DNA of 64,000 bases from Lingula anatina (Eukaryota > Animalia > Brachiopoda). The position numbers were made by a program, and so were the translations under genes. A model generated the notes under the pieces. It had not been told where the DNA came from, did no database searches, and worked only from the letters and a program-made list of their open reading frames with translations. The DNA lies in the NCBI GenBank assembly GCA_051362555.1, contig CM120647.1, positions 5,766,001 to 5,830,000 on the forward strand, given 5' to 3'. Shown here one piece after another: positions 1-13,250 of the stretch; positions within the stretch are counted from its first letter, which is position 1; the number at the start of each line of letters is the position of its first letter.

Positions 1-1081
1 CAAAGACATTGGGGTCTGTTCTTAAAGACCAAACAGTACAGTACCTGTGTCTTCACTAGTTTCCTTCACAGCAGGGGGTCGTGGGTAGGTCATTCCACCG
101 AAAAAAATTAGATTCACTGTGATATTGATGATACAAGTTCATTTTGTGCTGAGACATGATAAAGGTGGCGCCACTTTCTCGATGTTGTGCGTTAACTATC
201 ACACTGCATTTTTCTTCTAAATGGCAGCTGGACCCTCTTCAAGAACGACACGTTAAACCATAATTTTTGTTTATCAGTTTTTGGGAGAGGTGGGGGATCT
301 TTTACTACAGCTTTTATGGATGTGATTTGTGTCTCTTTCTTGAAAGAAGTTCACATGCCCTTAAATTGTTTTCCAGGTTCTAGCTCTAATTTTATTTCCA
401 AACAGAAGTCATTTGGAAATAACCCCCATGATTGCTAGTCATAGGTAAAAAAAAGGAAGTACATTAAAAAAATTAGTGTACATTATCCAATGTCGAGGGG
501 AAAAACCAAACACAAATATTTGCTAATGTTTCACTTTTTTAATATTTATCTTTTTCAGAAACTAACAACAGTGTACTTTCTGGCAAGAAAAAAACTAACG
601 TTCAGTTATAAATATTTCGTTAATAATCCATTTTTTGGCCAGGGGAGAAATCTCATCAATTCATGATGATGGGATTTACTGAGCAATTGTCATGTGATGT
701 TTTTTTTTTTTTTTTTTATTTATTTATTTATTTATTTTTTTTTTTAACATAAAGATGGTGTGACATAATCACCACAACTGTGGAACCAATAGCAGATGAT
801 GTAAAAACACGGAGAAGAAGTATACTGTCTAATGTCAAACAGAATGACACCAAACGTGTCATGAACTGGGAAGTCTAATGTTACAAAAAAAATTTTTTTT
901 TTAATATTCATGCCGATGTGCTGTCATTGTTTCATAGAAGTGAGATGTCATTTCATACTTGGCTGGAAAAACCATCCAGTGTTGGGTCTCTGAAGACATC
1001 TATTTTAAATTTATTTAGTAAAGGATGATTTTAAAATGTATACTACACCATTCATTTTTATTTACTTAAATTTATTCCCAG

Positions 1082-4000
1082 GTACAAGTGTACATGTTAT
1101 ATAGAGGGAAGGAAAATGGGCTATGCTGAAAACCTGGTCAAGGCACATGCCAAGCAGAAGGCTTGTTTTGAAGCCCTGGAGTATCTGTACAAGAACAACT
1201 GGACTATCATGGTGAGTTGTGTTACTGTCACATCCAACACATTTCACTGTCTCACCTAACACAATTCCACTTTCACACCCAACACATTTTACTGTCTCTC
1301 CTTACACATTTCCACTTTCACACCCAACACATTTTACCGTCTCTCCTAACACATTTCCACTGTCACACCCAACACATTTGACTGTCTCTCTTAATGCAAT
1401 TTCACTTTCACACCCAACACATTTTACTGTCAAACTTAACACAATTTCATCCCACCCAACAAATTTTACTTTCATATCTAACATATTTTACCGTCCTTCC
1501 TAACACATTTCCACTGTCATGTCTTAAATATTTCACTGTCTCTCCTAACACATTTTCACTGTAACAATAGAGGCTGTCCGGGTTCTCAACGAGAAGACCA
1601 AGTTTCCCCGTGATTTTACGAGATCTGCCTTGAGGTGGGGTTAAAATATGGAGACCACAAGGAAGTAGAGCAGCGATTTCTTTACTTGAAAAATAGCTGA
1701 ACTTACACATTATTTTTAGCTACAGGCTTGTTCTTTTTTCACTTTATAAAGAAAAAGTTTTGATATAATATGTACATACAACTGACATGTTGAATTTGCC
1801 AAGCTAAGAGCCGATGACGCTTGCAAAGCAAAATTTGCCCGGAGGACGTACTACGCAGCAAAGGTCGCGTTAAACAGGCTACATCACCAGATGCTTGTGG
1901 TACAGGAAAATGACATTAGTTACCATGCCCGTTGATACGCATGCCTTTTAGATGAAAGTGGCTAGGATTGAATGAGAATCGGACGGATGATGCCCCGGCA
2001 GCTTCCAATTATATTGTTATCCATCTTTTTCATTTTTAAATTGTCAATTTATATTACTGTCTTTGGGATTTTAAAGAGATGCTTGTCTAAACATGCCAGT
2101 GGATGCAAAATAGACATATTAAAGATATTGTTCATTTTTGATTGTCCTTCATTGACTGGTCATTTCATGAGGTCCGTTTGAACAACAAAAGCTTTATAAC
2201 TGCAACTAATTTTTCTTTATAAATGTTTTACTATTAAACTATATTTATAAAGAAGTAAAATAAAATCATTTGACATTTCATTTACTGATGGATGGCATAT
2301 CAGAACATTAGACTTGCCTGCATCTTTGTTTTAATTTCACTAAATTTATAGTAACTAATTCAAAAGGCTCGAGTTTGATCATAAAGTTAATTATCTTCAT
2401 TTATTTACTTATGAAAATGATGCTATAGAAACTAATGGATAGCATTCACAAAATGTAAGTTTCATTGTGATCAGATCCGACTTAAATGACAGGAAAGATG
2501 ACAAAAGAAAGTATTAAAATGGACAACATATAAGTTGAAATTTTCACAAAATCATTGCATTTTATTGACAGTTATACACAAATGCAACAAATAAACACAT
2601 CACAGGCGAACTTGTATTTGTGATCTGAGTAAATGATATGAAAAACAGGTGTCATATAGTTATTTAAAAAAGTCACTACAGTAACATAACAATGATACTA
2701 GCAAGAAAAATAATTTTCTTCATTAAATCACTAGTGCAGTACAATACATAGGCCTATATATATATATTCATAAAACCAAATATTTCATTTTAAAGTAATA
2801 AAGAAAATGCCTGATACTGTAAGTGACACCTAGACAAAAATGCCATCTGTTAATTGACTCCTGATATAATTAAGTAAACAACATAATAACTAAGGACATA
2901 AGAGATTAATATACACTGAGCAATCTTCAACATCTGATTATCCTGACCACATGATTCTCACAGTTCTTGCCTGGTTCAATAACATGTGCTGTGTCTGTCA
3001 TGCTCTAAAATAAATAAAAAATAACTCACTTAGTTTTCTGAAATATATAGGCCTATCATTATGTGGTAAACGTTGTTGTAAAATACCAACTCTAATTTCT
3101 ACCTTACTTGCAATTATCATAACTGACCACCCGGCATGGAATGTTACAAATGCAACTGAACATTGTGTATGCTTAATAGGTGTGGAAGGTTCACCAGTAT
3201 TTCATAATCAGGTACACGTTATATGGAGATAGGAATGGTACAAGCAAATTTGTCTGATATAGTTACCGTAAAAGACTATTAATCACAAGTACTAGGGCTG
3301 TATTACATTAATAAACCATGGTTTCCTGTAAACTACACACAAAACTTACTTATTAATATGCCCCTCGACCGTTGATGATACGGTCTATACGGTGATGACA
3401 TGGAGCCAGTGACGTGCCGGGTGCGAGTTGTCTGCAGTTGGTCCCTTTCTCTCTACAAAATACTGCGACCTGATCTGTACTTTAAATATGTCGGCACTTA
3501 GTCCTTTTAATCTAATCAAGCCCAACTTCTCTTTCTTCACTTCACTTCTCTCGCCAGTCGTGTCCGTCATCCATGGTCATTTTCCTGGTTTTCTCGCTTA
3601 ACTTTAACTGCAATGCACCCTACGACACAACATTAGCAATTCGCCATTGCGTTGCTCTATCTCAAATTACATGACAACGCCAAATTTTACTCAATGCAAT
3701 CCTATAACATAGACTTGTGCCCGACCGCGAGAGAAGTTTCAATGACAGATTTTAACCCCACCTCTCGTAAAATCTCGCTCCAATCCAGGTCTCGTTTGAC
3801 GTCATCTGCTGCGCAGATGTTCAAAATAGGCTATCCCGGACATTCCCTATTGACTCCTTTTCTGCAGAACAAGCACATTTGTACAGTCACACCAAACACA
3901 TTTTGCTGTCAAACCCAGCACATATCTACTTGCCACGACTTACACATTTTTTTCGTCACACTGATACAATTCACTGTATTTAGCCTGCAAAAATGACAGC

Positions 4001-4291
4001 AGACCTTGTGCGTAACAAACTTTTGGGAGTAGTGATATTTATCTGTTATGTGCCAGATCAAAATATATAAGTCTGAATCTGAAAGACAAAACTTGTCTCA
4101 ATTGTTGTAGATCAAGAGCACTAACCCTAACGACCTCTGTGTGCTGAGGAGGAGTGACGTCTTGAACTGGGTCCCCACAATGCCTCAGTCTGTGCCAGCA
4201 GATGGCGCCAGGAGTGGCTCCAGTGCGGCCATGAACATGATGGCCAAGATGGGCTGGACGGGAGGAGGGCTCGGGTCCTCCGAGAATAAAG

Positions 4292-4337
<46 letters not shown>

Positions 4338-4921
4338 AAAGATTTAAGATATCAAAAATTTTTTAAAAATTGGAACCAGTTCTTATAACAAGCTGATCTG
4401 CATGTAAATTTTTAGATTCCACTAATTATAATGATTTCAAAATTTCTATTTATTTCCTCTTTTGTCGGGACATTCACTGTCATAAAGGCAATAGATTTCA
4501 ATCTGTCTAAACTAAAACTCCAAAATCCATTACAGGTTTGCCCAGTGCAATCGAAGTTGCTCCGTCAAACACCTTTTCAAAGAGAGGCGTGGGGAACACC
4601 ATCTACGACCGCGTCTCCAGTGATTTGATCAGCAAACTTGAGGAGCTGCTGGAGTTTTACGCACAGTGCAACACGATCGACGAAATCGTGTTTCCTGGCA
4701 TCGAGTTCTCCGCCGAAGAAAAGAAAGCCGTTATCCAGATCGGCCAGAAATACGGCCTGAAAACGTGTGGCACGGAGTACAACAAGATGAATTATGTGCT
4801 AGTGGGCAGAAAATTCACGGGGTCCGACCTGGTGAAGTTTCTGGAACTTCATGGAAACTGTAGCAATAAATATATGTTGGTGAAACCTGATACCTTTCAA
4901 GTGGAGATGAATATACCCTGA
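1082..4921 (+). CDS. NKRF: NF-kappa-B-repressing factor (NKRF)-like protein, 3' part; exons 1082-1211, 4111-4291, 4536-4921; 5' exons not resolved
   Basis: Phase-consistent splicing (cccag|G...ATG|gtgagt; tgtag|ATC...AAAG|gtgtga; tacag|GT) gives YKCTCYIEGRKMGYAENLVKAHAKQKACFEALEYL (dsRBM end), MMAKMGWTGGGLGSSENKGLPSAIEV..KRGVG (G-patch) and FSAEEKKAVIQIGQKYGLKT..YVLVGRK..YMLVKP (R3H-like C-terminus as recalled for NKRF). AATAAA at 5305-5310. Confidence 0.82.
1222..1562. repeat. Intronic minisatellite, ~45-bp unit built of two ~22-23-bp subunits (cactgtcacacccaacacattt-like)
   Basis: Directly visible repeated units. They explain the spurious ORF 1219..1503 (LSHPTHFTVSPNTFP repeats). Degenerate related copies lie near 3875-3980. 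Confidence 0.9.
4295..4330. repeat. (GA)n microsatellite
   Basis: gagaga run immediately after the splice donor. Confidence 0.95.
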
Positions 4922-6272
4922 AAATGATTCTTGGAAGTTTTGAAAAAAAAAAACTTCTTTCTTGGAAATTTTGAAATACTGTTTAATATTACAGGATAAA
5001 AGTGGGATATAGCAACAGGAAATGGTTCTTTGGAATTTTGAAGAAACTTGCTACTTTCACCGCGCAAAAATTGTAAATGGTTGACTCCTGAAACGTTGGA
5101 AATGACCACGATTTTTGGAAATTACGCATCGAATTACATGTAACAACTTTCATATGTAAGATGTGAATTCGAAAAAATAATCACTGGAAAAAATAACTTG
5201 CAAACATTATTTCAGACGTAAGGACAATTGGTAACAGTAGTTTTAGAAAAATGTTACACTCTCTTGATAATTCATCGGCTTATGTATGAAGCATTTAAAT
5301 GTTGAATAAAAGTAGAAGAGATGATGCTTAGCACGGTAGGAGTTGCGCTTTATTTGATATTTTCTTAATTAACGTGACGTCCGATGTAGCTTTAAAAACC
5401 TGAAAAATATGTCACACCAATATTCCCCTCTTGAAATAAGAATTTTGACTAGATCATAGTTCATAGTTCTAACCCGTACCAAAGGGCACTGTTTGCTCTT
5501 CAGAAAACCAGAAAATTTTCAAGGCCTATGGACAGGCCCCAAACCCCACACCCAGGGAGCGATGGTCGGCTTCGCATCCGAGGGCTGTCGTTCCTCCCCC
5601 CCCCCCTCCCCTTCAAAGAATCCTGGATTCTCCCCTGTTAACAGTCTGATTGGTAAATAATTCAGTCAACAACATGAATAAAGAGTCCAAGCGTGTTTTT
5701 CAGTAGTCGTACTAGAACACACCTAGAAACTGTATTCGGTCCTTGTTATATGTACGCATTCGTATGAACCATAACGTTTTATCAAGGGATTGATCACATG
5801 AAAGACCCGTTGAAAACCTGGTACAAGTTGTTATAAAACTATGAGAAATTCAAAATGATGTGATTCATTCAGGTTCATCATTGACGTCTCGCGACTTTGT
5901 TCTCGTTAAAAACCAAACTTCTGATTCCATGAATGGCGAACGTGGGCTTGATGCTGCAACTTTAATTTTTAGTCAGCAGGCCAATTTCCCTAACTGAGCA
6001 AAAAATGTATCGTAGCATGGCAGTTGACCTTATCGATTTCTTTTTGTTGTGTGTATGTAAAGAAAGCCCCCCGATGCTGATTTTTCAGAATAATTTTCAC
6101 ATAGGGGAAACGTGTAACAGGAATGGTAGTCCTAGGAATGGAAGTCCGGGCTCCATATGATTAGTACAGGTTAGGGTTCATTGGAGTATTGGGGTTAGTA
6201 TATGGACGAATGTCACCTGTACAAAATAATGTGTTGTAGTCCCAGTTAAACACTTCTGGTCTTGTTGAGTAT

Positions 6273-6440
6273 CAGGGGCAGATTTAGGCCGTCTTTTGGG
6301 TCTTCCGGAAGACGGTCAGATTTTCAAGTTTACATTGACGGGTATCTAATTTTTTCTGTCGGAAGACGGTCAAAAATGGAGGATGGATCAACAAATATAT
6401 TATGAAACACTGTCAGAAAATATCTCTGGATCCGCCCCTG
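6273..6440. mobile_element. MITE, 168 bp, CAGGGGC(A/G)GAT terminal inverted repeats, 5-bp TSD AGTAT
   Basis: agtat|caggggcagat...atccgcccctg|agtat; inverted related copy at ~10258-10420. Confidence 0.8.
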
Positions 6441-7212
6441 AGTATCGTATGTGACATCGAATATTTGCACGTTTTTGAGCATATGAAGGTATCTCCGCCG
6501 GGTTTATTGAACATTCGTGAACAGTTTCAGTAACAACCTCTCACCTAAAATGAGCTGTACCTGTTGTCATTTGCATAACAACGTTCATCGTGCTGTCTTC
6601 CCGCTTCTTCTTCCTGCTCACTTGGCAGTTGGACAGTCGGGTGTGGACGCAACAGTATGTGTGGAGCAGTCAGAAGGTCGAGCTTTTATAAGGCGTGGAA
6701 GCAAATGTATGTTTGTGAGTATCACTATTTCTTCATCAACCACAGCCATTAAATTCTAAAGGCGCAGAAGAATATGAAAATATTCACGACAAATATTTAT
6801 GACATGAATCCTTCTACTACATTTCCCTTGTTACTTGTATGTCACTCAGTATGGTAGAAATTATTGCTTACTGTGCACTGGGACTAAATGTCCGGGATTC
6901 ATCTGACTTTGTATGATAACCTAAGTTTGCTTGAAATCCTCTGCACTTTGTAACCCTCTGTTTGAAAATGTTGTGTGCCACGGCCTTGACAATTGATTTT
7001 GAGTATTTTGACCTAATTCAAAATGTAGTGTGTGTTTAAATGTTAGTATCACCACATAAATTAATTAATAAAGTAATTGGATGATGCTTGTCACCGCTCT
7101 GAGCTTCTCATCCAAAGATTTCGAGTGCTCATTACACAATGATTAACAGATACACGTTACACAGCCGTCTCCAAAGGAATGGATATGAAGACTTTGAATG
7201 AACTACCAGCCA

Positions 7213-7213
<1 letters not shown>

Positions 7214-7255
<42 letters not shown>
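7214..7255. repeat. poly(A) tract
   Basis: ~42 consecutive A. Confidence 0.95.
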
Positions 7256-7257
<2 letters not shown>

Positions 7258-9021
7258 ATCGAAAACTATGGGCATCGTTTTGGTCAAATTCAACATGATT
7301 TACATAAATATCAACGATGTGGTATTAATACGTTATAACCCAGACATGCTATATACCAGTACTGTCTGATCTTTCACGATCGAACTTCTATGGATTTTTA
7401 TCAGTATGTCCAGAATTTCCAACACTATGGGGCCATGGTTTTAATATCATAAAAAAAAAAAAAACATCTTTACAATGATCGACTACCGTGGAATATCCGC
7501 ACAGGTCAAACGATAAACGTTGAATGATGAATACACAAAAGCCGTTTCTAATTGATAACGATGTGAATGCGTGGTGAGCGTGGCTGATGACAACATGAGC
7601 GGTTAAATTTCCACCTCTCACTCGTGTTAAGATTAATCTTGAACACCTGGTTCTATTTGAATAAGGAAACGGGATCTCACTTCTATTTGGAGTAACATTT
7701 GGTAACTAGACCTAAAATATTATTAAGATAACAGTTATCATTTCTGGAAATCTTTGTTGTTTTTGCAACTGGTGAGTTATGTTTATTCAAAGTAGCAGTA
7801 GCTGTTTGTTCATAAACGCAAATAAACAAAGAAGGATAAAAAGTCAAGGGCAAGTTCTAGACGAAAGGTAGGAGTGAAAAGGGGAGAGGGTCAAATTAAA
7901 AATCAGTTTCTCAGAATATTTAGATATGTCACCACTGTAATTCATAATGATAATGCTGATGATAATAATTTTTATTTACATGAATACTATTTGCTTATAG
8001 TAAAATCAACCACATGCTCAACAGAATACAGTTGTAAAGTGGAATGTCGAATTGCCAGATAAAGTAAACCTTCCAATGTTGAAAAAATGTAAATTGTAAT
8101 TGTAAAATACTATTAGGATAATAAAATATAATCAGACTCTCTTCCTTTTTCTTAAAAAAAGCCTAGCAAGGAATTCGAACGCGTAACCATTTGTATTCCC
8201 TTTCTTATGTCTTGAAAAAGAAGGAAATCAACACCCATGGGCTTCGGAGAACACATGCAGATATCTCAATTCTTCTGAATATTCTTCTTCATGAAAGCGC
8301 TGCATGTCTCTTTCGCAGCTAAGAACGGCAGAGGTATGCTGATGATAATGAGATTTTTTATTATTTGTTTAGCTTTCAGTTATAGATATCATTGATCCAT
8401 ATTTGCAGACTCACTGTGCTAGAGAGAAATTGCTAGAGAGAAATTACTGTAAGTGACCTACTGGTACACGTAGAAAAGAGACAATATATGGAATATTTTG
8501 GCCCGTGGCCAGAACAGTTCGAAAGGGCCCCCTTTTGCTGGAAAAAGTTCCCCTCTGGGTAAAATCATATTTAGGTACACGAAGATTTCATGTTAAAAGG
8601 ACAACTTTTTCAGGAAAAGACCCCCCCCCCTCCTTTTTTGAAATTGCTAGCGGGCCTGGTATTCCACGTCAGATGACAGGGTTGATTACCTGGTGATCTT
8701 TGAACTGTGGAGTAGGATATTAAATAGAGGATATTTTACTGTAATCATGGCGAGCAAGTAAACTGAGGGTCTGATCGGACGTTTACCTCAGCAAGGACAA
8801 GGGTACCTTGCACGTTAGGCCGAAAACTGTGTCAAGTGCAACGTGTGATGTCATGTTATGGAAATTAAAAAAATTAGCAGGTCTTCGTCTCCTCTTAAAT
8901 TCACGGGAATGAGATTTTTCCAACTATCGGCAGATTTGCGACATTTTGGGAATCAAAACAATCATTGGCCTAGGCGGCACCCTGGAGCCCACGTCATATT
9001 TTCCGTTTTTTTTTTACTATA

Positions 9022-9207
9022 ACCCATTTACACTGGACGGCGTCCTTTCTGCGTCCTTTGTGCAACCATGAATCTGCCGTCGCTGTTGTCGTAAAAGGGA
9101 GGCACAAGCATCCCTTGGTTGCTGAATAAATTATCAATGATCGGCCTGCTTCACTCTCAAACGGGTCCGTACTACGGGACGCAGAGCGGACGCCTTCCAA
9201 TAGGGCT
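9022..9207. mobile_element. Short dispersed element (MITE-like); inverted copy at ~29912-30104
   Basis: aacccatttacactggacggcgtccttt...gaggcacaagcatc matches the reverse complement of 29995-30107; TAA/TTA at the ends. Confidence 0.55.
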
Positions 9208-10077
9208 TAAGAAGCAGTTTCGTCTCTGCAGTCAGGGTAGTCCAATACCATTGTTTCATCACAGCTAGTATGAGACGACCTTGAGACGCCTACTGCGCAA
9301 AAGAATCGCCATAAAAGGAAATGTGTCCAAAGCGTCATCTGAGGACGCAGAAACGACTTTGACCTTGGTATATTATGTCACAGATTGAACTGAATTTCAG
9401 GTAACTCCATTTCTGAGCTTTCATCAGTAAGTTTTTATCAACCACGAAAGATTGAATTTCGTCGCCTCACGAAGGCGCCTGAAAACTCGAACAAGTCGAA
9501 AATTTGAGTTGGCTTATCTTTGCTTACATTATACATAGGGCATAAAGTTACATGATCCATGTTGCGTTGAATTAAGATTTGCTATTATTGCTCATTCTTA
9601 TTTGGCTTAAAGTGTTTCGATAACATCTATCATTTTTGGAAATCTGTCGAAAATAATTCTGAATAGAAATCTCAGAAACAAGAAAACCCGTTGGAAATAA
9701 TTATCCCTTACGTTATGAAAATCAGCTTGGTTGGACCATTTTTCCCAAATTTGTGCTTTTTTTTTTGCTTTTTTTCAGCAGTAATGCAATACAGATTGCA
9801 CAAAGTTGAGTGACGGTTGATTTACTGTCTCCAAACTTACAGGAGTGATCAACAGAAGTAAAATATCGGTCGATTTCGAAAACAAGCCTGATATGATTAT
9901 TTTTCTTTAAGAAATGCTTTATTTTGTGAAATATTAAAATTTCAGATGTTGGCATTTTCAAGGGGTGACTTTGGACTTCCATGGGCTTGAACACGTAGCT
10001 GGTCACGTTTTCTAAATATATACTGTATGTTACCAGCAGCGTATAATTAAAAACTGGCGGTGATTATGCTGTTAAGC

Positions 10078-10255
10078 ACATTCTAAAAACAGTGTTCAGC
10101 ATTTAGACACATGCAACACACGTTTAGCACCTTAACACATTTAGAAATATGTGTAAAAGCTTCTCACAGAAGAAAATGCTAGACGTGTTTGGCAGCGTTA
10201 CACGTTTAGTTATGTGTTTTGCTTCACCGGTATATGACTCTATAACAAGTTCGTG
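10078..10255. mobile_element. Partial inverted copy of the MITE at 18073-18337
   Basis: aaaaacagtgttcagcattt...ctctataacaagt matches the reverse complement of ~18155-18337; abuts the CAGGGG-type MITE. Confidence 0.6.
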
Positions 10256-10257
10256 AT

Positions 10258-10420
10258 GGGGCGGATCCAGAGATATTTTCTGACAGACTTCCAAATTATC
10301 TTTGTTGATATATCCCCTATATTTGACCGTCTTCCGACTGGAAAATTTAGATACCCGTGAATGCAAATTGAAAATCTGACCGTCTTCCGGAAGACCCAGA
10401 AGACGGCTTCAATCCGCCCC
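10258..10420. mobile_element. Second, inverted copy of the 6273-6440 MITE
   Basis: ggggcggatccagagatattttctgacag...ccgtcttccggaagaccc...atccgcccc is the reverse complement of 6273-6440. Confidence 0.75.
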
Positions 10421-10559
10421 AAGCCTTTTTGACATCACCTAGTAACAAATAAACAAAACCACCTGAAGAAAGAATGTAACCGGTCGGGGCAAAATAGTTG
10501 CTGTTCTTTTTTCTTTTTATTATATATAATATATACTCGAACAGGAAAAACGCTTTTAC

Positions 10560-10564
<5 letters not shown>

Positions 10565-10634
<70 letters not shown>
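10565..10634. repeat. (TA)n microsatellite
   Basis: Long perfect TA run; source of the YIYIYI ORFs. Confidence 0.97.
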
Positions 10635-10639
<5 letters not shown>

Positions 10640-12580
10640 AGAATATAAAATATATATATAAGAAAGCATCAGCCATAACACCGACAGGATGAACCCACGC
10701 TCGGTTGTCACCTTGATTGGATACGGTAATGTGCCAAGCATTTCGACGGGCCCAGTCAATCCGACCATAAAAATTATTTTATAAAATTAATTTTTCTGGG
10801 CTCAAACATTTAGTCCATACGTCAAAATCATGCGACAGAATTTTTTTCTTGTTCCGATTGTTCGACCACATCGTCGGCAAGACTCGGTAAATTTTCAAGC
10901 CAGTGAAATAGATGCTGCATGTCTCGGCCCTTTGTCAATTGTTGTACTTTCAATAGCTTTTGTCAATGAGGAAGAAACAATTTATTGAAGATCTAATCTG
11001 GAAGCAAGACGTACCTGTCATTTCCTTTGTCCCCTATAACAATAATAGTGCTTATAGACATACAATTTGTGCTAATTTAGCAGACTTGCCCTCGCTGGCT
11101 GATTCGTCATGCCCGTAACTTGGGGAGGGGGGGGGGGATGTCTGTTCTGGATGAAACCAAATGTCGACAGTGGGTAGGATATGTAGTAAACATCTTCATA
11201 TAGACCATACATAGCGTATTAAAATAGCGTATAAAAATGTTGGGAAGAATAAGCAATTTGTTTTCAAGTTTGATTGAAATATATATGCAGGGGAAACGTT
11301 CTTGAAGTCAATGCCGCGAGATCCTACATTTACTACAGTCGACTGAAAGATCAGTGAGATCGACCGCCTAGACTTGTTGGCGCCAAATACCACGCGCTGT
11401 CAAAATCTGACGAACGCGTGTAGCTATATTCACCGTCATGGATAACTGTTCTGTCAACAATAAAAATGACGTCTACCTTATTAGAAAAAAAAAACCCAGT
11501 AACTTATGTGGCAGTGAAAAGCGGAGCTACACAGAGAGTTCCACTGAATATTTACGTTACCTGTGAGTCACTATTTCCCCAGATGCATGAAACGTTGATA
11601 TTATTTAGCGTAATCCGTGAAGAACTCCATTCCTGTGACCCCCTCCCCCACAATGGGACCGTCTTCATTAACATGTGGTTTGCGCTAGGTATGCTGGAGC
11701 AGACCAGATAAGACCAGTCTCTCATTTCTGCGTTTGCTCAATTCTCACGTCAAATTATAAATGCATCTGTTTTGTGTAAATTATGGCAATTAAATGCTTA
11801 TTTTACGTTCGGGTTGTATCAGTGGGGTTTTCAATATGCACCGTGGCTTGTGCACAGCGAGTGTATATATGTAAGAAAATCGGAAGAGTGCCAACAAGAT
11901 ACGTCTATCGGCACAGGTTGGCTCCGTAGATTGCATTTTCTCAATATGTTGTAAACGATTGTCGTAAAATCCCTATATGATTTTAAAACCGGGTGCATAA
12001 ATTTGAAAACCACCTAGAACAACCTTATACTGCCACATTAATCTAATACAATGCAAAAAAGCCCTATCAAAAGATGTTAAACATTCAAACCGAATGTCGT
12101 AAAGTGCCCATATACCCCCATAGAGACAATAAAATAGAGTACTCTAAAGTAAGAGTACAGTTTACTATCCAATCAAGGTGACAGCAGAGCGTGGATGAGC
12201 CCGCAGTCGTCCTACAAAATTTGTTCTGGGGTATGATACTACGAAATGCAATCTGACACACACCTTGAAAACGGGTAGTGTGGTGCGATATACCGGTTAA
12301 TTCAGGATCCTTAGGTGCCGAGTCTGGTAGTTGGGTAGGCCTGATACTGTTCTTATGGGGGAAAGGCGGAGAATGGATGCCTCCAACCCGCCTCAACCCT
12401 CCTCAACCACTTTGTTTTCAAAGAAAATTGTTGTAAATTCAGTATTGGCACCGGTGATTTATAGCTATGCTGTTAATTTCTAAAACTTTTTACATGTGAA
12501 AAAACATCGGTACACGGGTTATGCAGCATTGGCAGCTAGTGAACACCCTGTAGAATGATTGACGCTAAGCAGCTGGGTTT

Positions 12581-12653
12581 GATTGGTTTGTCAGACTGTC
12601 CACGTGACCTAAAGTATCTACATATACCATGTCTGTCGTCTGCATAGCCATTC
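12581..12653 (+). promoter_or_regulatory. Putative core promoter of defensin-like gene A: inverted CCAAT, CACGTGAC E-box, TATA-like, Inr-like
   Basis: ATTGG 12582, CACGTGAC 12601, CATATA 12621, GCCATTC 12647; same order conserved upstream of gene B. Confidence 0.55.
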
Positions 12654-12667
12654 TTCTTGCCGTGAAG

Positions 12668-13250
12668 ATGAAGTTTCTTACCAGTGTTGCGCTGTTCGTG
12701 ATAATTTTGTCGATTTTGCTGCTTGAAGTCGAGAGTAGCACAACGGCTGGATTAGGGGCAGCTCTAAGCATTTCCCATTCATACACTGTCATTACTCATT
12801 CTGACCATATAACCAAAAGAAAAGGTTAGTAATTTTTCTCTACAGAAGCTACAGGTGCACGCGAACCAATATTCTTGGTGCGAATGTCATATCTCCATTT
12901 TTGAAAAATATTTAACGGATTTCTTGGAGTTTCCATTGGTCACCTGTCTCATTTATTTGTTATTGCTATTTGTTTGTTTTATATTTGCTATATATTAATA
13001 ATGATATAAGGTAGTTATAAAAAACAGTTGATTAGGTTCCGCAATAATTTTTTAACATAATTCATTAGTTTTCATGTATTTTGAACCGTTTATGTCTATT
13101 GTAGCTATACAGAAGGGGCAGACGGTATATCTTGGGAAGAAAGGCGGAAAATGCCACTTCAAAAAATGCTGGACGGCGTGCTATGATCTGCTCGGAAGGG
13201 GTGGGCAATGTTCCTCCGACCAAGAAGTGTGCGTCTGTTTCAATGAGTGA
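12668..13250 (+). CDS. Secreted CS-alpha-beta defensin-like peptide A (100 aa); coding exons 12668-12824 and 13105-13250; 3'UTR exon from 13470
   Basis: MKFLTSVALFVIILSILLLEVES signal peptide; phase-1 intron (aaag|gttagt...ttgtag|ct); exon 2 AIQKGQTVYLGKKGGKCHFKKCWTACYDLLGRGGQCSSDQEVCVCFNE* = C-x4-C-x3-C-x9-C-x6-C-x-C with GxC gamma-core; AATAAA 13560-13565. Confidence 0.88.

Noticed and set aside
1-880. Candidate upstream NKRF exons (1-84, ~755-872)
   Set aside because: No phase-compatible, stop-free exon with convincing splice sites could be joined to exon 1082.
1219-1503. Repetitive 94-aa ORF and its antisense ORFs
   Set aside because: Translation of an intronic 45-bp minisatellite.
1222-1562. 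CRISPR-like array
   Set aside because: Contiguous degenerate tandem repeats without unique spacers, in a eukaryotic context.
10347-10768. YIYIYI ORFs
   Set aside because: Translation of a (TA)n microsatellite.
12629-12667. Upstream in-frame ATG for defensin A
   Set aside because: It lies between the TATA-like and Inr-like elements, and is not conserved in gene B.
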